Source: Scenedesmus sp. PABB004
Taxonomy: Eukaryota
NCBI GenBank assembly: GCA_014905635.1
Contig: CM026548.1
Span: 1,054,001-1,118,000 of the forward strand
DNA length: 64,000 nt
Direction of reading: 5' to 3'
Below, one piece after another: positions 1-12,448 of the stretch. Made by a program: the position numbers and the translations under genes. Below the pieces are notes generated by a model. The model did no database searches. It was given only the letters and a program-made list of their open reading frames with translations, and was not told the DNA's origin. Numbering within the stretch: the first letter of the stretch is position 1; each line of letters opens with the position of its first letter.

Positions 1-573
1 CAGCTGCAGGAGGTGCAGGCGTTGGAGCAGACGCTGCAGCACCAGGCGCTGGGGCAGCACGTCTGGCAGCAGCGCCAGCCGCCGGCGCTCGCGCTGCAGC
101 AGGCGCAGCAGCAGCTGCTGCAGGCGCAGTACCTCACGCAGCAGGGCCTGCTGCTGCAGCCCGGCGGCGAGGGCTGGCAGCAGCAGCAGCACCAGCACCA
201 GCACCAGCAGCTCTCCGCGTTGGCGCCGCTGCCGCAGCCGTTGCCGCTGCCGCAGCTGCTCGGGGGCGGCCCGGTGGTGCTGCAGGCGGGGGGCTTTGCG
301 TCGCCGCAGCCCGGCGGCGCGTCCGGCCCGCTCTGCTACGCCGCGCCGCCGCCGCCCCACGGCGCCGGCGGCGGGGCGCCGCCCACGGCGGGCCTGGACG
401 CGGCGGCTCTCCCCGGCATGCTGTCGTCGCTGGCGCTGCAGGCGGCCGAGGCGAGCGAGGAGGCCAGCGCGGCGGCGGCGCGGGCCGACGCGGCGCGGCG
501 GCAGCTCGAGGAGTGCGTCGCCACGCTGGGCCTGGGGCAGCAGGGCGCCGCGCCCGGCAGCGACGGGCGCTGA
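1..573 (+). CDS. 3' end of a gene encoding a Gln/Ala/Gly-rich low-complexity C-terminus with a short coiled coil; product unknown, starts before the window
   Basis: Open frame with strong GC3 codon bias (CAG/CTG/GCG) from the window start to TGA at 571-573. Confidence 0.6.
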   Translation, partial: QLQEVQALEQTLQHQALGQHVWQQRQPPALALQQAQQQLLQAQYLTQQGLLLQPGGEGWQQQQHQHQHQQLSALAPLPQPLPLPQLLGGGPVVLQAGGFASPQPGGASGPLCYAAPPPPHGAGGGAPPTAGLDAAALPGMLSSLALQAAEASEEASAAAARADAARRQLEECVATLGLGQQGAAPGSDGR

Positions 574-1510
574 GGGCGCGCCGCGCCGCATCGGTCGTGT
601 GTGTCTACATCTATCTATCGATCTGGGCAGATCAGGCCGGTCGGGATCACCGTTGATTGCCTCTGCGTGCGGGCGCTGCGCGGCTCTGTGACGCGCCGCG
701 CGGACGCGCGCGGCGGCCGAGGACTGCCGCAGCGCGGCGGGCGGCGGCGTGCTTACGCGCGCGCATGCCTCGCGCGCCAGGTGGCACTTGTGCTTGAGCC
801 CGTCATCATTCTGTCATCCTATTCCATCTGTGTCCCTGCCCGACGCGCTGCGGCGGCGCACGCGCGAGGGAGCACTTGCTCAGAGGGCGCGGCGGCCTGC
901 ACAACACACCTGGGAGGCCCGCGCCGGCGCCGGCGCGGCGCGCGTCTGTGCTGCGCGCGGCCCGCCCTTGCTCTCGGAGGTGTTTGCTCTTCGGGTGTTA
1001 CCTTGTTAGTTCAACGCGCTGCGGCGACAACGGCCGGGGGGGGGGGGGTCCCGTGCGCGCGCGCGCTGCGCCTCGAGTGTGGCGGCGCAGCAGCAGGGCG
1101 CGCAGCACTTGGCGGCGTGGGAATGCGTGTCCTTCCTGCGAGCAGCAGATCACGCACGCTCTGCTCATCCGTTGCACCGCCGGACGGCCAGCTCGCTGGC
1201 CGGCGGGCCTGGCTGCTGCATGACTTGGGGCTGCCGCCTTGGCGCCCACACAGAGACGCACTTGCTTGCGCGGAGCCGCCGCGGTCACATTGGGCCGCGC
1301 CACGTGGGGAGCACTGTCATCTTGGCGGCGGCAGTGGTGGGTGCCCTTTCACGCCCGTGGGCGCTCCCTCTTGGCCAGCCGGTGCATAAGGAAACGGGAA
1401 ACGGGAGCGGGCCGGACTCGGCGCGCGCCGCTGATCGACAGCTGTGAAGCTGCGCTGGCGGCGTCTCGTGGTGGCTCGTGGTGGCTCGTGGTGGGCCCGG
1501 GTCTCGGCCG

Positions 1511-1515
1511 TTACA
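1511..1515 (-). promoter_or_regulatory. TGTAA polyadenylation signal of eIF3d
   Basis: TTACA on the + strand about 65 nt downstream of the eIF3d stop. TGTAA is the established chlorophyte poly(A) signal. Confidence 0.65.
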
Positions 1516-1580
1516 CGCAACGCCGCCAGTGCGCGCACCCCGCCCGCCCGCCCCCCGCTCGCCCGCGCCGCCGTCGCTGT

Positions 1581-4500
1581 TCACTCGTCGGCGGCCTCGT
1601 CCGCCGCGGCCGGCGCCTCGGCGGGCACCTCGTCCGCGTCGGCGAGCGGCTCCTCAACGTAGTTGGTCTCAAACGCGTCCTGCGCGCCGCGGCAGGGCGC
1701 GGGGCGCGGGGCGGGCGGGCGAGCGGGCGGGCGGCGCGGGCCCGTCAGCCCCGCGGCGCCGCGGCAAGCGCGGCGCCGAGAGCAGCGCGGCGCCGAGAGC
1801 AGCGCGGCGCCGAGAGCAGCGCGCGGGCGGGCCAGACGCGCGCGGTGGCGAGAGCAGCGCGCGGGCGGGCCGGGCGCGTGTGGCGTCGCGGCGCGCGGCG
1901 CGGCGCCGGGGCGCGGCGCGGCGTCGGCGGTCACCTCTGGCACCGCGTAGAGTCGCAGCAGCTCCTTGTTGGGGTCCTTGACCAGCAGGTAGCGGCCCTC
2001 CGGCTGGGCGAGCAGCATGTCGACGAGCGCGCGCACGACGCCCCAGCAGTGGTCGGGCGAGAGGCTCATCTGGGCCGCGAGGTCGCGCGGCTTGGACGTC
2101 TGCGCGGGCGCGCGTGAGGGCGCGGCGCGGGGGCGGGTGCGTGAGGGCGCGGCGCGGGGGCGGCGTGAGGGGGCGCGCGTGGGAGGGAGGGGGAGGCCCG
2201 GCGGCGGCCGCGCGGCCGAGGGGCAGCCGAGCGGCGGGCAGCGCGCGCGCGCGTGCCGCCGCCGGCGCGCCTGCGTGCCGAGGATGACGTGGTTGGCGTT
2301 GTCCTTGGGCCCCGCGCGGCTCACGTAGCCGAGCTTGATCAGCTCCGCGCCGCCGAGCAGCGCGGCCATCGTCCACCTGCGCGGCGCGGCGCGCGCAGTC
2401 AGCGCCCGGCTCCCATTTGCACCGCGCCGGCGACGACGGGGCGGCGCGCGCGCGCCCCTCCCCGCGGGCGCCGCTGAGCTCAACCCCGCCCGCGCCGCGC
2501 CCCGGCCCCGCCCCTGACCCCCGCCGCTGCCGGCCTCACTTGGCGATCTTGGTGAGGTTGTTCTTCGTCTCAAACGCGAGCACCGCGCCGCGCTGGCTCT
2601 CCAGCTTCTTGCGCCAGTCCGTGGCGCGCAGGTCAAACTCGTTCAGCGCCTGCGGCGCCGCCACGCCGCACCCAGGGCGACAGGCGTGTCGTGTGTTGGT
2701 GTGCGTGTTGTGTGGGTGGGTGGGGGGGGGGGGGGCACGGCGCGGGCGCGCGCCGCGGGGCGCGCGGGGCACGCGGCAGCGCGTCGCCGCGCGGCGCGGC
2801 GCGCCCCGGCCGCCCGCCGCGCGGCGCGACGGGGTCTGTCCCCTCCCCTGCCGGCGCGCGCACGGCGCACACCTTGATTGCGAGCAGCTGGTCCTCGCCC
2901 TTGTTGTTGATGACCGCGTCGACCTCGCACCGCACCACGATGTCCACGCCCGCCTCGGGGTTGAGCGACCAGCGGCGGTACCTGCGCGCACGCGCGGGCG
3001 TGGGCGGGCGCAGGAGCGGGGGGCGTGAGCGCGCGGGCGTCGCGTCGGCGGGCGCAGCAGGGAGGGGAGATCAGCGGCGCGCGGCCGGGCGGCCAAGTGG
3101 CGTGGCACGGCGAGCAGAGCGGCGCTCACTTGTAGCCGACGCTCGCGAGCTCCTCGCCCTGCCCGGCAAAGGGGTTGGGGTTGCCCAGGCTGAACCTGGC
3201 CGGGCGGGGGCGGTGGGGCGGCGGAGAGACGCGGGCGGTCGGGGCCGCACCGCGCCGGCGCCCGGCTCGCCCGGGCCGTGGCGTGGCGGCGGCGGCGGCG
3301 GCACGGCGGCGGCGGCGCGCACTTGTTGCCGTCGTGCGCGAGGAGCTGCTGGCTGAGGTGGCGGTTGACCGCGGTCGCCTCGAGGCTGAGCTGCTGCACG
3401 CCGTTGATGTTGTCCTTGTCCTCGGGCACCTGCGCGGCGCGCAGTGTGTGGTGTGGTGTGGTGTGTGAGTGTGAGTGTGCGTGCGTGTATGGGCGAGCGT
3501 GGGCCCCGGCCGACCGCGGGCGCCGGCCCTCCGCCCGCCCTCCTCCCTCCGTGCCGCCCCTCCCTCCCTCCCGCGCCCCGCCGCGCGCCGCCGCGCGCCC
3601 CGCCCCGCCCCGCGCCGCGCCGCGCACACACCTGCTCCGGCGCGGTCTCGTTCACGGTGAGCTGGTCGAGGCTGCCGCCCTCGCGCTTGTCGAAGAAGAG
3701 CTTGTCCCCCACGCGCGTGACGACGACGTCCCAGCTGTACACGCTCTTGCCGGCGCACATGATGGTCGTGAGGATCGCGTCCGTCGCAAACACGCGCGCC
3801 GCGTCCTCGCTCGCGAGCGACCTGCGGGCAGGGGGGAGGGGCGGCGCGGCGCGGCGCGGCGGCGCGGCGCGTGAGGCGTGAGGCGGAAAGGGCGTGAGGG
3901 GCGTGGGGCGCGGGGCGCGCTGGACGCGCGGCTGCCCCGGCCGGGCGCGGCTGCTCCCCCGCCACACAGCGTCGTCGCTGCGCCGGCCGGCGCCGCTGCC
4001 CCCGCAGGCGGGCGGGCGGGCGGGCGGGCGGGCGGGCGGGCTCACCGGATGATGGGGTCGTCGCTGGTTGAGACGCTGCGGAAGACACGCTTGCTGCGCA
4101 CCAGGGGCTTCTCCTGGCGCGTGGTGAGCTTGTCGTACGCCCTGCGCGGGGAGGCGGCGGCGGCGCGTGGTGCGGGGCGTGGGCGGGTGCGGGCGCGGGC
4201 GCCGCCGCCGCCGCCGCGCGGCGCGCGAAACAAACACAAACAACAGTGACAACATGACAGACGGCGGCGCTCACTTGTCGTAGTACTCGAGCGACCCCGC
4301 GGCGTGCAGGTCCTCGGGCGCGCCGACGGAGCAGTTGAGCTTGGCGAGGTTCTGGAAGGGGATCTGCTCCTTGACCGCCCACTCGGGGCGGATGTCCACG
4401 CTGCTGCTGTACTGCAGCTGCTGCTGCGGGTGTTCCGGGCGGGCGTGTGCAGGGGCGGGCGCGGGGGCGGGCGGGGCGGGGGCGGGCGGGTGAGCGCGGG

Positions 4501-5568
4501 CGTGTGCGCGCGTGCGGGCGCGGCGGCGCGGCGCGCGGCGGCGCCGCCTGCGCACCCGCTGCTGCTCGCGCCAGTGCATGTTCTGCCACGGGTTGCGCTT
4601 CTGCTGCTTCTGCGGCGCCGCCGCGCCCTCGCGGCGCTCGCGCTCGGCGCGCGCGGCCTCGCGCTCGCGGCGCTGCTGCGCGAAGCGGTTGGCCGGGAAG
4701 CGCCGCGCGCCGAAGCGCGTCGCCTTGGCGGGGCGGTTGTCGACGAGGTGGAACGAGTCCTCCTGCGAGGCAGCAGCAGCGGCGACGGCAGCAGCAGCGG
4801 CGGCGGCGGCCGCGGGGTGTGTTTGCAGCGCGTGTGCGCGTGCGTGCGCGGGCTGTGCGCGCGGCGACGAGCCGAGGCGGCGGGCGCCCGCCGCCACCGC
4901 CGGCGCCGGCTGCTGCTGCAGGGTCGGCTGCGCCCCTGGGCCCCCGCCCTGGGCCCCTAAGCCCCACCCCCCGCCCCTCCCGCGCACCTCCTCTGTGTGG
5001 AAGAACTGGAACACCGCGTTGACCGCGCCCGGCTGCTGCCCGTAGCGCCCCTGGTTGCGCTGGTACGCCTGCTGCGTCCAGTCGGCGGCCTTGCCGAGCT
5101 TGTCGCTCTTGCTGAACGGCGCGAACGGCACGTCCTTGAGGTGCTCCGGCACGCTGCAGGGGCCCCAGCCGTCGGGGTTGTCCTGGATGTCGGGCACGCT
5201 GCGGCGCGGGCGCGGCACGCGGGCGCACCGCGGCGGCGGCGCGTGAGCGCCGCGTGAGAGCGGTTGCGGCGCGGCAGCTGCGTGTGTGGAGCGTGGGGCC
5301 CCAGACCGCTGCTGCGGCCGCGGCGTGCGCGCTGCGGCCGCCGGCCGGCGCGCCGCCCGGCAGCGGCGCGGCGCAGCAGCGGCGGCGGCCGGCGGCCGCG
5401 CGCGCCGCCCGGCAGCGGCGCGCGGAGCGAGCGCGTCGCCGCCCTGCGTGCCGCCGCCTGGGCTGTAGGTCCGTCACGCGCGCCCGGGCGCGGCCGGCGC
5501 AGGCGCGGGCGGCGCAGGGGCGGCCCATCAGCACCCGGCCCCACGCCGCACCTGTATGGCAGCGCCAT
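1581..5568 (-). CDS. EIF3D: Eukaryotic translation initiation factor 3 subunit D (about 13 exons)
   Basis: Spliced peptides [102 protein letters not shown] and [11 protein letters not shown] are eIF3d hallmarks. ATG at 5568, stop at 1581-1583. Confidence 0.95.
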
Positions 5569-5884
5569 GTTCACCACCTCCCAATCGTCCAGTTTGCCGG
5601 CGGTCCTGCCGCACTGGGCGACGCGCGGGAGTCGGCGGGGACGCCTGGCAGCGGCGGGCGCTGGTGATGGGAGGGCCGCCGGCGGGCGCGGGCGGGGCGG
5701 GCGGATCGACGGCCGCGGGCGCGCAGGGGCTGAGCGATGCGAGCGCGTGGGCGTCACCCAGCCCGCCACGGCGCGCGCCTGCAGCGAGCTTGAACCGCCG
5801 CACGCGCGCGCTCGAGCTCCGCTGCGCGCCCCGGGCGCCGGTCAGATCCCGCGCCGCCGCCACACCGCCAGCGCACTCACGCGC

Positions 5885-5888
<4 letters not shown>

Positions 5889-5936
<48 letters not shown>
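5889..5936 (+). repeat. (CAG)16 microsatellite between the divergent eIF3d and Maf start codons
   Basis: Perfect CAG run read directly. Confidence 0.95.
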
Positions 5937-5938
<2 letters not shown>

Positions 5939-6175
5939 CTGCCCGGCGCGCTGGCGCCGCCGCTGCGCGCGCCCCCCGGCGGCGCGGCGCCGCGCCGGCT
6001 GCACCCCCGGCGGGCCGGGACCGGCAGCAGCTGCGCGTCCTCCCAGCAGCTCGGCAGCGCGCCGCCGCGGCGCCAGGGGGCGCCCGCGCGCGGCGCCGGC
6101 GCAGCGGCGCGCCCGAGCGGCGCGGCCCCGGCCGCGGCGACGCAGCAGCAGCCGCAGCTCGCCCAGGCGCCCGGC

Positions 6176-7296
6176 ATGATCCTGGCGCACGTGGCCGCGC
6201 TCAACGCGAAGCGCGTCGTGCTCGCGAGCGCGTCGCCGCGGCGCCGCGAGCTGCTGGGCAACCTGGGGCTCACGTTTGAGGCGCGGCGCCGCGCTCGGGC
6301 CGTGCTCGGCGGGCGGCGCCCGCGCCACCCGCCCGGCTGCGGCGAGCCCTGCACGCGCAAGTGCCGGGGCTCGCGCCGAGGCCTGCGTGCGCCGCCCGCG
6401 CCGCGCCGGCGCCGGCGCAGGTCGTGGTGTCGTCGTTTGAGGAGACGCTGCCGCACGAGCGCTTTGACCACGCCGCCGACTATGCGGTCGAGACGGCGCG
6501 CCACAAGGCGCTCGACGTCGCGGCGCTCTGCGCGGCCGACGGGCGGCCGCCGCCAGACCTCATCATCTCGGCCGACACCGTGCGCGCGCCGCGCCGCGCT
6601 GCGCCCGGCACGCCGGCGCGCGCGGCCGCCGCCGGCCGGGAGCTGCTGGCTCAGCGCGACGCGCCCCACGCGCGCAGATCGTGGAGCACGGCGGCTACAT
6701 CCTGGAAAAGCCCGACGACGCCGACCACGCGCGCCGCGTGCTCGCGAGGTGTGCGCCGCCGCGGCGACTGCCGCGCCGCGCCGCCGGGTGCCGCGCACCA
6801 ACCCGCCCCGCACCCGCCCCGCCCCGCGCCCGCCCCGCCCCGCGCAGCCTGAGCGGCTCGAGCCACCACGTGCACACGGGCGTCGCGCTCGTGCTGCCGC
6901 GTGCGCCGGCGGGCCCCGACGGCGGCCCGCTCTGCCGCACGTTCAGTGAGACCACCAACGTGCTGTTCAGCGACCTCCCGCCGCAGCTGATCGACGCCTA
7001 CATCGCCACGGGTGCGGCGCGGCAGCAGCGGCAGCGGCGGTGGCGGCGGCAGCAGCAGCACGCACGCGCGACTGCGCCGCACGCCCGCCCGGCACGCCGC
7101 CGCGCTCACCCCGCCGCCGCCGCCGCTGCCGGCAGGCGAGCCGTTTGGCAAGGCGGGCAGCTACGGCATCCAGGGCGCCGCGGCGGCGTTTGTGCGCGGC
7201 GTGGAGGGGTGCTACTTCAACGTCGTGGGCTTCCCGCTGCACGCGTTCAGCGCGCAGGTCATGGCGCTGATTGACGAGGGCCTGCTCACGCTCTGA
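6176..7296 (+). CDS. Maf-family nucleoside triphosphate pyrophosphatase (YhdE/ASMTL-Maf type), 5 exons
   Basis: [49 protein letters not shown] and NVVGFPL motifs. ATG at 6176, TGA at 7294-7296. Confidence 0.93.
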
Positions 7297-7369
7297 CCAG
7301 ACCAGCGGCGGGCGCCCGCCTGAGCCCTGAGCGCTGAGCCCTCCGCCGCCCCGCCGCCGCGGCGCGGCG

Positions 7370-7374
7370 TGTAA
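7370..7374 (+). promoter_or_regulatory. TGTAA polyadenylation signal of the Maf gene
   Basis: TGTAA about 75 nt after the stop codon. Confidence 0.65.
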
Positions 7375-7698
7375 TGCCGGCGCGGCCCCCGACCCCTGGC
7401 CAGCCGCTCGCGCATGGGCCCCCGTCGGACGGCCACCGCGCCGCGGAGCGCGCCAGCGCGCCCGGCGCACAGCAGCCGCCGCTGCTCGCAGCAGCTGCGG
7501 CGTGCGCTGTGAAGGACGCGAACAGCGCAGCTCGGGGCTCGTGATCTCCGCCGGCAGCATGGATTTCAGGCGAGCCGGCGGCGCGGGGCGCCGCCATCAG
7601 CAGCAGCGCGGGTGCCGCCCCGCCCTCTCAGCGGGGCAGGGGCCGCCCGCCGCCGCGGCTGCGTGCTGGACTTAGGCAGCTCGGTCATTGAGCGAGCA

Positions 7699-10696
7699 AT
7701 GCGCGCCAGCAGCCGCCCGCCGGAGGCGCCCCCGCTGCGCAGCAGTGCTGCCCGCCGCAGCGGCGCCAACCGCCGCCGCCGCTGCATCGCCGCCGCCGCC
7801 GGCGGAGTCCACAGGCTCAAGAACCTGGCGCTGGGCTTTGCCGTGGGCGCGGGCATCGGCGCGGGCGGCTGCTACGCCTACCTGAGCCGCCTGCCCGCCG
7901 CGCAGCCGTCGACGCTCGCGCGCGCGCCGTCGCTCGACGCGCTGCCGGGTGCGGCGGCGCGCGGCGCGGCGCGGCGCGGCGCGGCGCAGCGGCGGCCGCA
8001 CGTCGCGCGCCGCGCCGTGCGACCCCGGGCGCGCCGCGCCACAGGGCCCAAGCCGAGTGACGAGGCCTCGGTCTTCCGCATGCACTCCGCGTTCAAATAC
8101 GGTGCGCGCCGGCGGGCGGCCTCCGACACGAACACGCGCCGGCGCTGCCCGCGGCCGCGCGCGCGGCCGCCGCCCCGCGCCAGCCCCGCCGGGCCTGCCC
8201 CGCCCCGGCCCTTGTCCCCCTGCAACCAACAACCACAACAAAACACACAGCAACACAACGCCCAAACACACACAACAATACACACACCCGACAGGCGTGC
8301 CGCAGGGCGAGGCGCTGCGCTTCTACGAGGGCTACGTCGCCTCCGTCGACGGGCGCACGCGCAACCCCAAGTGGGTGCTCGAGCACGTCACCAAGGACTC
8401 CCTGCGCGGCGACGGCACGCGGTGCGCGCGCACGGAGGAGCGCCGCGCGCCGCACCCCGCCGCGCGCCGCGCACCGCCACAAAGCGCCGAGCCGCCGCGC
8501 CCGCGCGCCCCGCGCCACCCGCAGGGACAGCAGCTCTTTCTTTGAGGACCCCGGCCTGGAGCCGGCGCTGCGGGCCAAGCTGGACGACTATGCCGGCAGC
8601 GGCTACGACCGCGGGCACCTGGTGCGCCGCCGAACCGGCGGCGGCGCCGCGCAGCCGCAGCTGCAGCCGCGGCACGGCGGCGGCGCGGGCGCCCGCGTGC
8701 GGCGGCCTGCGGCCGCGCGCGCGCGCGCGGCGCGGCGCGAGCCGCGGCGCGCCGCCGCGCGGGCGCTCGCAGGCGCCGGCGGCCAACCACCGCGCGAGCC
8801 AGAAGGCGATGAACGACACCTTCTCCCTCTCAAACATCAGCCCCCAGGTCCGGCCACGGCACAGCCAGCTGGCGCCCGCCGCGCCGCGCGCGCGCCGCCC
8901 CCCGCCCCGCGCCGCGCCGCCAGCCCCGCGCCGCGCTCCCCGTCGCTGGGCCCGCCGCGGCGTCCCGTGCGGCGGCGGCGCCGGCCCTAAACCTCTTGTT
9001 CTCTCGTGCGCGCTGTTCCTGAACAGGTGGGCCCGGGGTTCAACCGAGACTACTGGGCGCGCTTTGAAAAGTTTGTCAAGGACGCCGCCAAGGCGCGCGG
9101 CGCGGCGCGGCGCGGCGGGTTGTGGCTTTTGTGCCTGCGCGCCCAGCCTGCTGCCTGCGCGGCCAGTGCCAGCTGCCGGCCGTGCCGACGCCCCGTCTCC
9201 TCCCCGTCTCCTCCCCATCCCTCCGCCCCAGGTGTCAGACGGCGTGTTCATTGTGACGGGGCCCCTCTGGCTCCCGCAGCCCGACGGCCGCAGCGGCGGC
9301 GGCTGGGAGATGCGGCACCCCATGATCGGTGCGCGCCCGCCGCGCCGCGGGGCGGAGCCCGCCAGGGCGCGGCGCACCACGCCGCCGCCGCCGCCGCCGC
9401 CGCGCGCAGGCAAGCCGCCGCAGCTGGTCGCGGTGCCGACGCACTTTTACAAGGCGCGCGCATGCGCGCCGCGCCGCCCTCTCCCCGCCCCCGCCGCCCG
9501 CGCCGCCCGCCCCACGCGCGCCCTGCCCCGCCCCGCCCCGCCGCCGGCTCCCCGCCCGTGCCGCTCGCCTCACGCGCGCCCTGCCCCGCCCGTCCCGCCC
9601 GCGCCCCTGGCCAGGTGGTGCTCGCAGACAACCCGAGCGGCAAGCACGGCGGCCACGCCGCCGCGGTCGGTGCCTGGGTCATGCCCAACGCGCCCATCGA
9701 CCCCGCGACGCCGCTCACCGCGTTCACCGTGCCGCTCGACGCGCTCGAGAGCGTCGCGGGTGCGGCGGCGCGTGCGCGCGCGCGCCGCCACGGCGCCGCC
9801 GGCGCGGGACGCTGCCGCGGCGGACCGCCGCGCCCCGCAGCGCCAGCGCAGCGCCGCGCGCGCTCAGACCTCCACGGGCCGTGGCCCGCGCCGCGCCGCG
9901 TCACACCGCCGTGCCGTAGGGGCGCGCTTCTTCCCCGGGTTTGTCAACGCCCGCCGCCGCGCGGCGCTCGACGACGCGGCGCTGGGCTGGCAGGCGGAGG
10001 GCCGCGCCGCGCTGCGCGTGCTTGACCGGCTCAGCCTCGCGCAGGACCAGGCGGCCATCCTGCCGCGCCAGGCGGCGGGTGCGAGACGCGCGGCATGCCC
10101 CACAGGGCGGGGGCTCGCGACGCCCTGGCCGTTGGCCGCGCCCCACGCGCGCGCCTCACCCGCTGGCGCCGCCCGCCGCCGCCCGCGCTTGCCGCCGCAG
10201 ACCCGCTCGCGCTCGCCGCAGGCGGCGGCGGCGCCGCGGCGCCAGAGCAAAAGCAGAAGCAGAAGCCGGGGGGCAGCAGCAGCAGCAGCAGCTGCAGCAG
10301 CAGCAGCAGCAGCAGGGCGGCGCGGTGCAGCGGCAGCCCAAGACGGGTGCGGCGCGCGCGCCCCGCGCCCCGCGCCCCTCGGCCGCCCTGACCAACGCGC
10401 CCCGCCCTCGCGCGCGGGCGCTGCCGCCGCCAGTTGATGGCCAGGGCGCGGTCCACCTCTGTGACATCGTCTCATGCTCACTGCCGCCGGAGAAATGGTG
10501 GGAGGCGGGCGGCGGCGCCGGCCAGCGCGGCGGCGGCCGCGGGCGCGGCCGCGGCGGCGGCCCCGCGTGGCAGGGCAGCCGCGGCGGCGGCGGCGGGCGC
10601 GGCGCCGCGCAGGAGGCGGCGGTCGTGGCCGCAGCCGACGGGGGCGGCGTGGACGCGGGCGAGCAGGCTGGCTCGGCTGCGAGCGCTGACAGCTGA
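7699..10696 (+). CDS. ENDOG: Endonuclease G / Nuc1-like DNA/RNA non-specific nuclease, probably organellar
   Basis: YVASVDGRTRNPKWVLEH, DYAGSGYDRGHL (DRGH active site), APAANH, DTFSLSNISPQ, GFNRDYWARFE, IVTGPLWLP, VAVPTHFYKVV and HLCDIVSCSLP. The N-terminus is Arg-rich with a hydrophobic segment. The start codon is inferred. Confidence 0.9.
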
Positions 10697-11269
10697 GCTG
10701 AGCTGCGGAGGGCCCGAGGGCGGCACACCCGTCCTGGCGCGACGTCGCGCCAGCCTCGTCGACGAGGCTCCCCAGTTGCAATCGAGCGCCGCCCCTGGCC
10801 GCACGTGCGCTGCAATGCGCAGCAGCAGCAGCAAAATCAGCGGGCCGCAGCCCCACTGGCACGCCGCGGCCGGCCCTACGTGGCGCGGCCGCAGCGGCAT
10901 GCGCCGTACGCTGTGTGGTGTGATGTGTGATGATGCTCAACTCGCAAAATCGCCACCGCCAGACGCACACGCCGGCCCCCTGTCAAAAGTGCGGCGGCGC
11001 GGTGCGGCGCGCCATGCAGCGCGCCACCCGGCCGCCGGTCGCCCCCGCATTGGCTCACCACCCCCGCCCTGCAAGGGCCGCGCACGTGCGCCGCCGCCGC
11101 CCGCCATCAGTCCTGCGCGCACACACCGAGTGGCGGGACGCACGCACGCACGCACGCGTGCCGCCATAACTGTACAGTGTGGGTGAGGCCAGCAAGCGCC
11201 AGTTTCCAGCCACAGCCTAGCATACTACTCCTGCGCTAGGCAGCAGGCAGCGCCCGCCGCCGCCGCGGC

Positions 11270-11468
11270 TCAGTCGCGCATGCGCGCGCCCGCGGGCCCC
11301 AGGCCGCCGCCCCGCTGCGCGGCGCCGCCGCGGCCCTCCGGCGGCGGCGGGCTCGCCGCCGGCGCCCAGCCGCCGCCGGCGGCGGCGCCCGCGCCCGCGC
11401 CGCCGGCCGGCCCCGCCGCGCCGCCCGGGCTGGCGCGCGACGCGCTGTGCGCCGCGGGCACGGTGCGC

Positions 11469-11544
<76 letters not shown>

Positions 11545-12448
11545 TGCTGCCGCTGCCGCCGCCGCCGGTGGCGTCAAAGGGGCGGGGGAAGTAGCTGAAC
11601 GCGCTGCTCAGCCGCTCATAGGTCAGCTCGTCGAGGTGCATGGACACGCTGCAGGCCATCTGGCAGAGCTGCGCGCGGGCGGGGCGGGGATTTGGGGGGT
11701 CAGCGGAGCCGGCTGGTGCGCGCCGCCGCAGCCGCCGCGAGGGCGGAGGGGCGGAGAGGGGCGGCCTGGTGCGCTGCGCGCTGCGCGGCGTGCCTTTGAG
11801 ACCGACGCGAGCGCGCCGTGCGCCTCTGCGATGCGGAGAAGTTCGTTAAAAGCAGGCAACGGCGGGGCGCTCTGCGTCGCCACGCAGTGCTGCGTGAGGG
11901 TGTCGACGATCTCGTGGAGCTTCTCGGGGCTCGCCTTGGCGGCGCCCAGCACCTGCGGCGGCGCGGCGCGGCGCGCGCATGGTCGGAGGCGCAGCAGCGG
12001 CGTGCGCCGCGCCACTGCGCTTCCGCCGCCGCGCCGCTGCGCGGCGTGGCGCGCGCACGGTCGGCGGCGCAAGCAGCGGCGTGCGCCGCTGCCACTGCGC
12101 TGCCGCCGCCGCGCCGCTGCCGCCCGGCCTGGCCAGGCCGCCACCATCGCTGGGGCTTCGCTGGCGCGAGTCGCCGACGGGCGGCGCGGCCGGCCCCCGG
12201 ACAGGCCAATGCACGTGTGCCGCATGCTGCTGCTGCCGCCCCGCGCTGCCGGCGCCCCGGTGCCCGCTCGCAGCCCGCCACGGCCACGCGGTCCGCAAGG
12301 CGCAACCACGGCCCGCGCACCTGGTCCCACAGCACGTCGCTGCGCGCCCCGGCGGAGCCGGCCTGCGCGCCGCTGCTGGCGAAGGCGCGCAGCGCCGCAG
12401 GGCCCCCCCGCTCGCCGCCAGCACGCGCCGGCCGACGCCCTGCAGCAT
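11270..12448 (-). CDS. Small putative mitochondrial protein with a PPR-like helical motif and a poly-Gly tail
   Basis: Spliced exons give PAFNELLRIAEAHGALASVSK|LCQMACSVSMHLDELTYERLSSAF. The presequence-like start MLQGVGRRVLAAS..ALRAFASS needs one extra base in a homopolymer near 12393-12399. Confidence 0.55.
11470..11543 (+). repeat. (GCC)n microsatellite, encoding poly-Gly on the minus strand
   Basis: Long perfect CCG run. Confidence 0.9.
11965..12122. repeat. Tandem duplication of about 79 bp (two copies) in the PPR-like gene
   Basis: ggcgcgcgca(t/c)ggtcgg..agcagcggcgtgcgccgc..gccactgcgct..ccgccgccgcgccgctgc occurs twice in a row. Confidence 0.75.

Noticed and set aside
1770..2175. Spaced 17-21 bp repeats in eIF3d introns (also 15325-15392 and 38135-38195) as a CRISPR-like array
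   Set aside because: These are short head-to-tail intronic minisatellites without unique spacers, in a eukaryotic context with no cas genes.
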